Positions 24,116 to 36,600 of a stretch of DNA of 49,863 nucleotides are shown here, in pieces. The position numbers and the translations under genes are program-made. Positions within the stretch are counted from its first letter, which is position 1, and every line of letters starts with the position of its first letter. The DNA comes from Hyphochytrium catenoides (lineage: Eukaryota; Protista; Hyphochytriomycota), in assembly GCA_900088475.1 (NCBI GenBank), contig FLMG01003475.1:1-49863 (forward strand), read 5' to 3'. The notes below the pieces were generated by a model. That model made no database searches. It saw nothing but the letters and a program-made list of their open reading frames with translations, and was not told the DNA's origin.

Positions 24116-26543
24116 GGCCGTGATGATCTTGAGAGGAACGGTGTCTCCTCCCCCCGTTACCCGGGAATTCTCCTGCTAACACGAACGGTGATTGACGATG
24201 AGCGAAATCTTGACGAGATGGTGAGCGGCAGGAGGACAAACGTAGTTCATCCTAGAAGTGCATGAATCTACCGCCAACCGACCAGAAGTAGCATCTATCC
24301 GCGACCGACCACCTACTCGTAGCATCGGCAACTCATCCGACTGGACCAAATGCGGCTCACCCGCTGACTTCGTACTAAGTTGATGATGCTACCTACTGGG
24401 TTTCACCACCACGGTTCAGTCAAGAAAGGAAGGACAGCATCGCCTGCAGACACCAGTGACACCCTAGGTCTTCCACTGATGACAGAAAGGTATGCCTGTC
24501 TTAGAGGAGGCATAGAGCAGTACAAGCTTCATCGTTTTGATTGTTTTATACAAGGGTTATAAAAGAAGAGCATGAAAGGCAAAGTCAAGCGGGCAGTCAT
24601 TCTTCAGAGCAGAAGAACTACCAAGGAAATTGCTGGGAAGATTGTCCGACCGCTTTTGCGCTTGCTGAGGAAAGACCAAAACACTCTTTGACAGTTGAGC
24701 ACATAAGGTCCTACCCTTCATAGAGGAGAAGAAGTATTTCAAGGCTGCTCCTGCTGGGAGTTCAGACCCCCAAGAGATTAAAGTGATGGATGGGTGGAAG
24801 AGGAAGAGACGAAGAGAGGCATATTTTGCTGGTGAGCGAATGACATTTGTTTCTTGTCACTTCCTCACACAGGGCCACCCTACCCTATCGACTCCCACTC
24901 TCTGCTGCACTTTCCTCTTTCCTGCACGCCCTTCACAAGCTCTGAGGCAGGCGTCGAGGCGGAGAGAAAAGGATGTCAAGAAGAATCCAAGGACTCCTTT
25001 GCTCCAACATCAGCTGGTGCCTACTGATCTTTGCACTTCTTACCTCCTCCTCTTCTTCTTGCTGACATCTGTCTCCCTGTTCCATCCGCCGGCAGTCAGA
25101 GAGTTGCACCTCCCTCCTGATGTTGGGCGGCTGACCAGCAAGAGACAACTGGCCCAGGGTAGGGAGGAGCCTGAGCGTTAGCCTTGAGAGCCTGAGAGGG
25201 TAGGAAAGGCATCATCTGAAAAGATCCAGTGGGCCAAGGACCTGATGCCGACGGAGTGAGGGACACACACCGTCTTCCTAGCTCTGGCTCTCTGGCCTAG
25301 ATCCCCTCACTCTGTCTACCTCCACAGTACATCCCGTCTCATTCTGTCTCTCATTCATTTGCATATATTACGGGAAAGTCTATCTAGGGAGTGTCTGTCT
25401 CCCTTTCTACGTCATCTAGTGCAGGTTTTGGCCGAGGACCAGCTGCTCGTAATGCTGACATAAGATTCGTCCTGATAACGCCGCTATATTGGGAAGGCGA
25501 TAGAGCTAGCTGGAGGTTTATACTATCTTACAGCGTTAGAAAGGTTTTTCTAACCTTACCATGGGATTTCTCTCATTCCTCGGTCCCGCTGTCCTATTCT
25601 TTTCGCTTATTATTTGCGGGAGCGAGTTGGTGAGATGGAGGGCTATAGGGTGGCCTTCTTATCACATCTTTTCATATCTACTTCCGTCTTTTCAGGTCTT
25701 TTAGTGCTACTCTGGCTCTCCCGAGAGGCCGTCTGATGGTGGCTTTCTCTTCTGCTGCCGCTGTCAGTGCAGCTCTTAGTGCCCATGCTGCTGGTCCTAG
25801 CGCAGTCTCTGCCGCCTTATGCTCTTTGCTCAGCGGCTGACCGGACAGTTTCCCACCAACTGTCAGCTCTGATGATCATCATCCTTCATTCTTCATAGCT
25901 AGGGAGACTGAAGACAAGTTCGAGGGAAGAAGGACATTCACTGCTAGAGGAAAAGTTGTTGGGGCCATGATGGGCATGCAAGCCTTGCTTGACTCCTCAC
26001 CCTTCTTCTTCCCTTTCAAAGGACGTCCAACAAGGGCCCTAATAGGAGTTAGTTGAGTATCGCCTCTCGTTGCTTCAGAAGCTTGTCATAGTTGAGCAGG
26101 GGGTGGATGATGTTGGCGTCTTTCTACTGGGTGTGCGGAGAATGCTTCTCCTTTGGTTCCTACATATTATTGCTGCTGCTGCTGACGCTTTTTCTTGGTG
26201 CATAGCAGTAGTCAACCAGTAGTTACCTTTCATGGTGCCAAGGACTCTGACGCCGTCGATGGAGTGAGTGGCCATCTTTGTCTCCCATTTCACCGATTGT
26301 GCTCGTATCACTATAAACCCCAAAATAAAAGAAGCAGGACCAGATATTTTCTGGGAGATAATATTTGGTTAAGCTGCCCGACAGCGTCTAAGCTTTGTCC
26401 GAGGATGAAGCTCTTGATGACACTCATATCAGGCTCACGACTAGGAGAACAAACAAAAATCTGCTTTAAACTGAGAACATAAGAGCGGTGAAGACAACAG
26501 CAGCAACAAAGATGGGCTAGCAAAGGGCTTAGGAAGACCGACA

Positions 26544-28674
26544 TTACATGGGTAGAGCCCTCGTGGCAGGTGTGAAGGAGGATGGCAGCCCATAGTCACT
26601 GCTAGGGCTCATGCTTGGGGAGAAGATAACCACGCTCTGCTTCCTTAGCGGAGATGAAGAGCCAAGCTTCATGGGTAGAGCGTAACTATAGGGAACCGAG
26701 GAAGAGCCAGCTGTCACACTGTCAGCAATGGTGCCCTTCTTGGCAGTCCTTTTCGCCGTGATAATGGCACGATGTATATCTAGTGGTTGAGATGGACTAA
26801 TCGCGTCTTTCTTTCTCTCTCCTTCCTCCAGCCCTGACATGCAATGGAGAATAGTGGCATCAGACGGAGGCATCAGCTTCCGATCGTCTTGAAGGGTAGT
26901 CTTCTTGGTTTGGGGCCATGCGTCTATGGACTTCAGCTGTGTAGGCTCATCGTCGCTCGGACGAGGTCGACTTGGCCATAGGTTTACCCCAAAGACTATG
27001 GTACAAACCAGCTGCAACGTCGTTTAGAAAGTAGGCAATAGCAGGAGTGAGAAGACGCGCAGAAGTGGGAGATAGGGTCAGAACTAGGTTACATCTCAGC
27101 CCTAAAGACTAATCAGGAAGCGAGAACGACAAGGAGGTAAGAAGCCAACCTGCTATTGAGGTCGCGAGAAGCAGAGACACTAGCCTGAAGCAATGTGTAA
27201 GGAAAGCAGTAGGAGAGCATTCACGGGCCGTGATCGAGACCGGAAGAGACAGAACAGATCGTTGCGACTAGCAAGCTTACCGCGATGATTGACAAGCTGA
27301 TAACGCCAGCACCGCAATAGGTGTATGTTGTCCGGGCGACGTAACCCGTATACTCTGGGAAGTACTTGACGATGACGCTATTGAAGCCATACAGCCAAGC
27401 AATGACCATGAACCAGAGCAGATAGATTGTGAAGCCTATCACTTGAAAGATATACGACTTGCTCACAAGTCGACAGTGATTCGTCGCAGCACTGTTCCAG
27501 CCTGTCCGTAGGAGAACTCTGGTCGTTCGCCAGGTGATAAACGCGCCAGCAAACCACACTGGAGGATAAAAGCCGTAAAGCACCACAAATCTGAATACAT
27601 AGCGTCATGATCATGAGAACAGGCGGAGAACGTTAGCGAACAGCAGCAGGAGTATCTGCATGGAAAACGTTTTCGAAAGCAAGAAAGACAGTGCTATCCA
27701 CCAGAGGGAGCAATGCAGCAGCCAAGAGAAAGAATGAGGAAGAAGTGGACTGAGGAATGGCCGTAGGGTGCGAAGAGCACTTAAGGAAAAGCCGTGGACG
27801 GTGTTTGGCGATCTTATGTGTACCCATCGTAAAAGCAGGGCAAGCTTAAGAAGTACGTCTTACCTCGTGACCACCATCTCTGGAGGCAGAAAGCAAATCA
27901 TGGCGGCAGGCAGTGGCCCAAAGCTATTAGTAGCCCACAGCGCGACGGTGGTGAGTACGGGGAGCAAGAAGGTGGCCAAGCAGTACTTTGGGGCCTGCTT
28001 GCGGATCTCCGCCACTGGGATCTGGACGACTACAACCTGAGAAGTAAGCAAGCGGTAGGAAGAGACGGCCATTAGAAGGCTTCTCTCCGCAGAGAAGATG
28101 GAGCCCGAGAGACGAAAATCCAATCAGAGACATAGACAGAGGGATGTTGTTGAGCTCAGAGTTACGGTGGATGAAAATGATACGTCAATAGCGGACACAA
28201 TAGGAGGATAGCAGTATGGATTGCTGCAGCAGCAGATGGTCGCGTTTCATGACACCTTACCTGGTACATTATGATGAGTATTGTCAGCCAAAGCAGGATA
28301 AGTGTGAGGCCCAGGAACTGAAACATTGCGCCTTGGAAGATGCACAGATGCCGGAGGGACGATGAAGTCAAAATCTCGTTGTTTGTGAGCAGAGTGATGC
28401 CCACCACCATCTCCAGTAGGGATGCTACGAAGCTGCAATAACAAATACGAGAGCGGGAAGGAAGCCCAGTAAGAGGATAGCCAAAGCACTGCACCAGGGT
28501 GAAGTCATCATAGGGAACAGCAAAAAAATAAGCTGCAACAACTGATACGAGAGCGAGAAGGAAGCCCAGTAAGAGGATAGCCAACGTACTGCACCAGGGC
28601 GAAGACATTATAAGGAGCAGCAAAATAAGCCCCGACTTGAGGAAGAACGAAGAAGAACAATACAAAGGGCTCAT
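26544..28674 (-). CDS. cAMP-receptor-like 7TM GPCR; 4 exons: 28674-28261, 28036-27864, 27590-27281, 27011-26544
   Basis: Introns are GT..AG (donors GTAAGG, GTAAGA, GTAAGC) and phase-compatible. TM3 signature LCIFQGAMFQF..LLW..I, an ECL2 Cys (FGP...ICFL), TM7 ending IVFG and a long S/T/P-rich cytoplasmic tail. The start codon is uncertain. Confidence 0.8.
28431..28630. repeat. 100-bp tandem duplication inside GPCR exon 1
   Basis: gaagcccagtaagaggatagccaa occurs at 28461 and 28561, giving a period of 100 nt with scattered substitutions. Confidence 0.9.
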
Positions 28675-31600
28675 GGTAGTAGATCCATGCTCCTCAGAGA
28701 GAGAAGAACGTGAAGAGCCCCTATGTCCCTGCCCGGAGCCTTAAAAGTGACTACTCACACATAGAGAGTAATTAGATTATCCGGGAACGGGCGAAGCGCG
28801 GGATCCCGATAGCGATAGACTGAGTAGGCTAAGGCGCTACATTGAGCAAGAGAGCAAGGGACGGAAGAAAAGGGGTTATTACGATGAAAATATAGCTGCA
28901 GGGATGGACTTTCAATGATTGACAACAGAACCACTGAGGCAGAAGAAAGACAAAGAGACCCACGGGGGCGATGGTGAGCAGTCACGCAACATTAAAGGCC
29001 AACTACCACTCATAAGTGAGCATCCCCATCGCTAAAGATGAGAACGTGGGAAGTGCCAAGAAGCAGAAATAAGGCACTGCGCAGTGTATAACCATGAGGG
29101 TAGGAAAGACTGGGAAGAGAGAAAAGGAAGATCTACCATGCTGCAGAAGTCCAAGCCAGATAGCCATGTGCAAGGGAGTAATCATTGTAGCATTCTTCCG
29201 TGGCTTCTACCGCTCGAGCAAGGTCCTTCAAGAACTCCAGTGTCCTTGCCTGCTCTGCCCGCTCGTATGCTGAAGCCATTCGGAGCAAGCCTTCGTCGCG
29301 CCTTTGCTATGCTCAGTAAGCAAAAAGTAGTTACACAGAGCTAGGATTGTTCACGAATGAACTCTTCTGCGGCCGATCGTCCTCCGCAACCGCTTTCTTG
29401 ATGGTCCTGTCCCTTCTTATTATGAGGCGGAGGCTGCAGCAGTAGAGGAAAGTGGAAAGTGTTTGTTGAGAGCTAAAGAAGCCGTTCATATAGAGAGGAG
29501 GAAGGAATGAGGAGAGAGACTAAAACATAAGAAAGAAAAGGACAAACCACTGAAAGCACTTCTTCTGTAAGGCAACCTCATCAGGGGACTCTACCTATTG
29601 CCTACTCGACCCTTGGTGAGAAGAGCAGGGGAACGTTCTGCTTCAACAGTGCTAGGCAGCGGGTCTGGTTGATGGATGATGCTTCTTCCCTTCTAGTCAA
29701 GCCCCACTTCCAATGTGGAGGATGGCTGCATACTTGCTTCTGACAAATGGTGCTGTCTGTCCCCACACTGGGAGCGGCGTCGTGTTTGGGTTAGGCAAGT
29801 GGTTCTTCGACGCCTACGACCTCTTTGTTTCCAATAAACCTTTTTATAAGGAAGCTCCTCCTACCAGCTAAGAAGAAGTAGGACGGGGGAAGGATGTGTG
29901 AAAGAAGAAGCAGATCTTATTTGAGAGAGGGAGAGACGACAATGAAACTTAGGCAAATAGGAGCAGAGATCTTTATGTTACTGATGAGATTGCTATTGGA
30001 CATCGTCTGCCCCTGGATGGAACTGCTCCTCCCACCTTAGCTGATGTCTGTTTTGGCTGAGACATTTATGGTTTCCTTGATGAGCTGCGTGCTAGAGATC
30101 AGCAGCAGCAGCAGCAACAACAGTGTCAGGGTCTTAATTTAACAATAGAGTCCTAAACAGCTAATATATATCGTAGTACCAGGCCTCAAGCATGAGAGAA
30201 GGTGGGCTGGAGAAGAAACTCCAACCAATCCATGCGATCAACTCTAGGGGAGAGGAGCTAGCCCGACAGATGAGCTAATAACACGGACAGAAGATGAGCT
30301 AAGTTGGAGGAGAGGGGAGGAAAAGAGAGACCCGAGAGAGAGAGAGAGAGAAAGTCGGAAAGCATGGTGCGCCGGTTGGACAGGCGGCTGCCCTGCCATT
30401 GGCGGTCCAAGCAGCCGCACCAGCAGCAGCAGCTAGCACCAGCAGGAGGAGGAAAGGAATGGAACAGTCACACTCTCGACGGCGGCGGCGGAAAACCAAG
30501 AAACTTCCGTCCAGGCGAGGGCGGGACACCCAAGGGAGGAGCAGACATACGGTCCTTCCCGTCAGGGGACAGAAAGAAAGAGATAAGGCTGGGTATGGAG
30601 CACGTCGCCTTAGTATTGGGGTCAAGGATGGACGTGTCGGAAGACAGAGGTAGGAGAAGCGTTGGAAGAGGGAAAAATTTTGCGGGGAAGACAGAGAGCA
30701 GTCTTACCTTCTTCCTCTCTTCTTGATCTTCTGCTATCCAGCCTCTATGGAAGGGAATCTCATAGATAATGTTAGACTATCCCGAGTCTGTCTCGTCGGG
30801 TGGGAGAAAGTATAATGACTTCTCCTCTTCTCTCTTTTCTCTTCTTCAGACAGCAGCAGCGCCTTCTTCAAGAATCTTAAGATCTAAGATAAGGCTCCTC
30901 TTTGGACGCACACAGAGGAAGAAGAACGAGGAGGCAACCAGACTGCCGCCTCTTCTGTCCTCCAAGCAGCAGTTGTTAGAAAGAGATACATTCCTCTTCT
31001 TGCAATGTCAATAGCTCCTTAGACCCTGGTGGTTGTCGGCCCATTGCGGCTGTAAGGAACAGAATCATCTTTCTCCTCTTCTCCATCTGAGATTCTCCAA
31101 TGGATAGAAGGACAGTGCTGTTGCTGCTGCTCCTTGCTCTTCTACTCTAATCTCCAGAGAGGAACCATGTTTGAAGTGCTTGATGATTCCGTGTCCGACC
31201 TTCTGTCCAGCTCAGTCTTGAGAAGAAGAAGGATCCAAACCTCCTTCATCACCTTGTCTTCTATTCTTCTTCGCATGCCTCATCATCACAAGCGCACTCG
31301 CATAAGAAGAAGACAGAAGCTGTGCCAGTGGTTATATCACTAGTACTGGCGCTCTCTACCTGCTGGTGCCCTGTGTCTCTCAGAGGCAAGAGGAAACTGT
31401 CCAACAGATGAAGAAGAAAGAAGGCGACACATCATCAAATCTAAATCTTTACCCATTAACTAACAGTGCCACCACTCACTCCTCTCCGGCACTTTACGAG
31501 CTCTGGACCCGTCGTATTATACTGAAGAGCGGTCGCGCAAGAGAAAGGAACACATAGTCCTTATCGTGTCATTCGAGGATCAAAGTTATCAAAGGTACCG

Positions 31601-32259
31601 AAGTGGGAAACGTTGCCAGAAGTCCTGCTGACAATGCCACGCAATGGTAAATGTGGTTAATCAATGAAAATAGAAGGCTATCGACGGGCAGTCCTCGTTT
31701 TCAGGAGCGTTGTTCCGTTTATTGGAGAAGAACAGCACTCTCCAACCCACCTTTCTTGACGAACTGAAGCTCACCTTCGTCGCCGTCACAGTTGCCTGCC
31801 GAGGCGAAGTGAGCGTATAGTCACTATGGTTTTCTGCTGCGACCAGGTTGAGCCAGCGGTCTAGATCCCACCAGACCCCATGGAAGAACAAGTGCATGGC
31901 TGCTAACGAGAGGTAGCAAGAATATGTCGATAGCAGTAGTAAGAGATTAGCTTGACTCTGTGCCGAAAGTCAGGGCAGATAACTCTGGCGATGGCAAAGA
32001 TGGAAGTACTCGAGCAAACAATATATACATTTATTCATGAGGTTGCTACTAAGAAGAGTACATAGACTTAGACTCTCTTCCGTCAACCTGTGCTACTATC
32101 AACAGCGTAGAGACATATATATGAAGGGCGTGTCATCCCAAAGACCAGACCTGACACACATACTACTACCGATGGTGACCACCCTCCCGAGCCATCCTCC
32201 ACCTCTCAACCACCTCTCAATTTCTCTGACACCAGGGTGGCCCTCTTCCGTCCTTCCAA

Positions 32260-33600
32260 TTACTGTTCGGCGGAGGACGAGCATCCTGATGAACAAGGAG
32301 AGGAAGAAGAAGGAAGAAAGGTGTCCGAGGCATCATCTTCTTCCTCGAGGAACGCCAACGCGACGATACTTCCAGCAGCGCTCGCCATCGTCGTGGGGAA
32401 GGCAGAAACCACAAAAAACGAGAGGGAAAGACAGCATAACTCTCCCAGCTTGTTCCTTACCATCGAGAGAAGGATGTTGCAGGTAATAGTGGAGGCAGGT
32501 GTGCAGAGGGTGACACCCATGCACCATGCAGAAGATGACCCACCACTCAGTGGTTCTGCTCGCTCTCCGTTTACCATCACACCCGCGGAATCAGCGGCTG
32601 TATAGGCACTGAACTGACGAATATGATCCATCAGCTTAATAGAGTCAGCTGGTAGCAGAGTCTCCCATATATACTCAGACCCGCCTCCATTTGCACCTAA
32701 GATAGTCCGTCCAATAATCTGCGAAAATGCCCCATTCGCCTCTAGGACTCGGCCATCAAACGCAGCGAGTACGGTCGGGACACTTGAGGAGTGAAAGACA
32801 TCACGGAAGTTGGCAGTAGAAGCGCCAGGGGGAAGTAAAAGAGAAGCGTGTAGTTTCCCTGCCTCTTCCAGTTCCGGGGCCGACTGTGGTGCCAGCTTGG
32901 AGTCCGTAGAAGGATAATTGCCCAGGAATATCTCTCCTTCCGCTTCCTGTGGAAGCCCCTCCTCACCTACTAGAAGCTCATCAGCGATACTTCCCTCGCC
33001 ACTTCGCTTAGAAGGGTCGGAATGAGAGGAGAGGGGCGTTGTTGCTGTGGAAGGTTCCAGCTTCACTTGTTTTGATATAGGCTCAGCTACAGATTCCGAG
33101 GAAGAGAGAGAAGGCGAGACCGAGGATAGACTTCTCTTTTGTCCTTTCTTCAACACGAAGACCTCATCCTCAAGTCGAGTCAGGTAGTCGAGAACAGAAG
33201 AGAGAGTAAACTGTCTTGTGGGCCTCTTGGTCTTATAGCCCACTTTCTCCAGCTTCTCTTGCAGCTTGGTACTAAGATCCGCAATCCTCTTAACCCGTCT
33301 CTTCTCTCTCGTACTATGGATTTGTCTTTTTCTCATTAGTTGCTCTAGCTTTACCTCAGAGAGCCGCGTAGATGATGGTGAGTACGACGAGGAGAGGGAG
33401 GAAGTTGGAGAAGGAATGGAGCATGAGATAAAGGAACAAGGAAATGACGGACCCTTTCCTGGTTCACTCATGCTAATGCTCAGTTGGCCTTGGTTGCAGC
33501 TCTCTGGGGTATCCGTGGAAGAGAGGTAGGACGTCGGTGGACGAGTCTCAATTGGGGGAGGAAGTTGCCTTCCAGATTGAGTAATGTTAGCAGCGGGCAT
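32260..33600 (-). CDS. bHLH-PAS transcription factor (single PAS-like domain), intronless
   Basis: 446-aa ORF. The bHLH reads RKRQIHSTREKRRVKRIADLSTKLQEKL..TLSSVLDYLTRLEDEV, with the H-x3-E-x2-R basic region. The PAS N-terminal signature is NFRDVFHSSSVPTVLAAFDGRVLEANGAFSQIIG. Confidence 0.82.
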   Translation of the reverse strand: MPAANITQSGRQLPPPIETRPPTSYLSSTDTPESCNQGQLSISMSEPGKGPSFPCSFISCSIPSPTSSLSSSYSPSSTRLSEVKLEQLMRKRQIHSTREKRRVKRIADLSTKLQEKLEKVGYKTKRPTRQFTLSSVLDYLTRLEDEVFVLKKGQKRSLSSVSPSLSSSESVAEPISKQVKLEPSTATTPLSSHSDPSKRSGEGSIADELLVGEEGLPQEAEGEIFLGNYPSTDSKLAPQSAPELEEAGKLHASLLLPPGASTANFRDVFHSSSVPTVLAAFDGRVLEANGAFSQIIGRTILGANGGGSEYIWETLLPADSIKLMDHIRQFSAYTAADSAGVMVNGERAEPLSGGSSSAWCMGVTLCTPASTITCNILLSMVRNKLGELCCLSLSFFVVSAFPTTMASAAGSIVALAFLEEEDDASDTFLPSSSSPCSSGCSSSAEQ

Positions 33601-36600
33601 GTCTTCTCTCCTCTTCTTCTCTGCTCCTCCTACTGTTTGCTTAGGTAGAAGGAGGATATCGAGCCTCCTCCAGTGCGAGAGCAGGGCAACTTCTTCTCAA
33701 TCAATCCAGCAGCTCGCTTCAGCAAAAGAGCTAGCCTAGTGTACTGGTAGACAGTAGTCTTTAAGGATTTCGAAGAAGAACCGATTGTTGATTGAGACTG
33801 ATGATAATGTCTCGTCCTATTTTCTAAAATTCTTGATAGAGGTAAGGCAGATTACCTTGGTCGCACAGTACCCTCAGGCGGTAGTGTGTGTGCTGTCCAA
33901 GGAAAGAGTGAAAATGAAGCATGCTACACAGAGTCAATGCCTTCTTGCGGGCATCATAGCCTTCTCGGCTTTGTGCCTGTTATTTCCTGGGTGTCTTCCT
34001 GCCGCGTAACATAGTCCTACGAGTACTTCCTACAAAGCTTGATGAGGAACCAGACAATAGAGGGTAGAGAGGGACAAGAGATGAGAGGAAGGAGGAAGAA
34101 GCGAAAGAAGTGGAAAGGGAAAGAGGAGACAGACGAAGAAGGAAGGTGGATGCTTATTGCTCTTCCGCAGGACAGAGCGGAGCAACGGGTCTCTTTCTCC
34201 CATTCCCCTTTTTATAGCGCTCTCCAAGGCATGGGGAGCAGGCCCAATAAGCCCAGGAGGTGGATCAGTGTCAGCAGTAACAAATAATGGAAAGGTCTGT
34301 TCCTCTTCCTCACGATCTGGCATCCATTACCAGTTGCTGGACATAGCTAGCGAATTGGAACATCCATGGCAGGGCCAGATGTTCTTGCTTCTCTTGTTGT
34401 TGTCATCATCCTTCTCCCTCTTCCCCTCAACAGCTAGCCCAGCAGAATCTGAGGCATCAGATGATGCAGTCGTCTCGGAGTGATAGATAGGGAGTGAGGT
34501 TCACCACTCCCCTTTGGCCATGCTCTGAAGCCTATCAAGCCCCCACTCTGTCTCGTCAGACCTGTGGGACGAGGAATTGATGGTCCATCTCACGTCTCTC
34601 ATCATCCGAGCATTTGGGCTGCACTTTCCCCCCTCTGTCTCCCACTTTCTACCCCTTTCTGCTTGTTATGGTTAACTCTTTCTAACCCATCATAATCAGC
34701 GCACAGACCCGACATCATACCACAGTGTTTGCAAGGGAGAAAGGAAGATCGAAGAAGAGAAGAGAAGTGCGGCAGTAAGTGAGAGAATCCATCATCTCGT
34801 CTTTGTGGACACATCCAGGGTACAGCGCTGGGGACAGGGGAAGGGGAACAATGCTCAGTTCTAAGGCTTTGAATAGACAGAGGCAAGCTCTTACATTACA
34901 TCTCTCCTCATCAGCATTGAACATTATTGTCATCTGTCATACATAACTTCCTGGCTTTTGCTGCTGTCTTTTGTTATCTGAAGATATTCCGTCATTAGCT
35001 CTCAGCCGCTCTCTTTGGCCCTCTTCTCCATTCGGATATTTTGGCCTGCTCTCGGTGACAGCCCTTGCGATTGTCGATCACACTAGGGCACTCTGTCTCT
35101 CTCAGGTAGATCGACTATTCTATATCCTCTCTACTCTGTCTGATGATATGGGCTGATTTTAACCTTAGTAAAACGGGGAGCCTCAATGTCTCTTGAAACT
35201 CTAACTCAACAAGTTTCCCCCTCCTTCCGTAGCTCTTTTTCAAATCCTTTACTTTTGCGTCCATCCAATTGACCAATCCGAAGGCTGAAACAGAAAGGCA
35301 AAGTAGAAAAGAAGAACGGCCAAAATACCGCACCAGACGGGCCGTTTATATTGGAGTTAACCATCAGAGCCCCTAGATCCTGATCCTATTCCGCATTAGT
35401 TCTACCCAACAAGCCCTGTATCTCTCGATCAGCAACTCCTTGTTCATTGTACTTTCCGCGTGCAGTCTGTCTTGCCACCACATGGAATCTGTCTTGGTGT
35501 CAAGAGAGGAGGATTCCCTCGGATTGGTCCTTGGTCCCCCTTGTTGATTCTCTTGCGGGTACTAGCCTAAGGTATTACTAGACTCTGTCTTACAGGATTG
35601 GGGTGCCCCATCTACCTTGCTTATGTTCTAAGCTCAATGAAGCCCTGCAAAGGATAAGAAAAAGCGCTACTCCCTCCACTAGGGTAACGGCCTACCCGTC
35701 CCCGTTTTCTGTCCAAGATATCCAAATGGTTTGGTCGATTTGTCCCAGGGTGGGTGGCATCGTTCTTCTCCTTTCGGATGCGTCATAATTGGAAGTGGGG
35801 CCATAGACCAAGGGCTAGAACTAGGTAGTAGTTTCCTCTAGATGTGGGTCTTGAAGGTCCAGACATAAAGCAACGTAGGACGATTATGGCCCGGTTATTA
35901 TCCTAGGGAAGGTGGTCCCAAACCCCAAGATTGGACCACAACCCACATATTAATAACCGCATTCTGCAACAACGCCCATAATAAAGAACGATATCCTATT
36001 CTACCTATAGAACTGGGGAAAGGCTAGACCCATGGTTCGTGCCTCCTGTTGGTTTGATGGGCGACAGGCAAGGCGACGGGCCAGCCAGCCACCATGAGCA
36101 GCACCTGTTCTGGTGACACCTGCTATCGCTCCTCATTTGGAGACTTATTAGTTCTAATAATAACAGGAACACCATTTCCAGTCTTGGGGTGGCTGTTTTA
36201 TAAGGGGAATGTGCCAGGAGAGAGACTCACTACCGCAAAACCTTAACCTTTTTCATGATCAACAGCTCACCCTCGGCCCAGATGCTTTACTGTAGGTGGG
36301 ACGCGGGGCGCACAGAAAATGGGCACCTGGTGGAAAATGTGCGATCGCAGTCCCAATGTGTCGATGATTGTTGGCCCATCTGATGTACGGAGTAAACAAC
36401 CAGAAGAAACAACAAAGATCCGCCTATTCTTGCAGGCCATGATGGATTATAGGAGCGCCAGCTGGTGGTAAAGAGACAACCTTGCCCTCAACCGCGAACC
36501 TTGGCTCAAGATGGCTGACGGAGCATCATCGCAATAATGTCACACCCGCGCGTGTCCGAAGCTCTGCTGGAACCTAGAACTATCACCTCTGCTCTGCAAC

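Noticed and set aside
35325-35376. TRRAVYIGVN resembling the metacaspase N-terminal strand
   Set aside because: A stop follows within five codons and there is no downstream HG/DCC catalytic motif.
35680-35790. Minus-strand PFGYLG resembling an RT F.YLG motif
   Set aside because: The match is short and isolated in a small frame, with no other RT motifs nearby.
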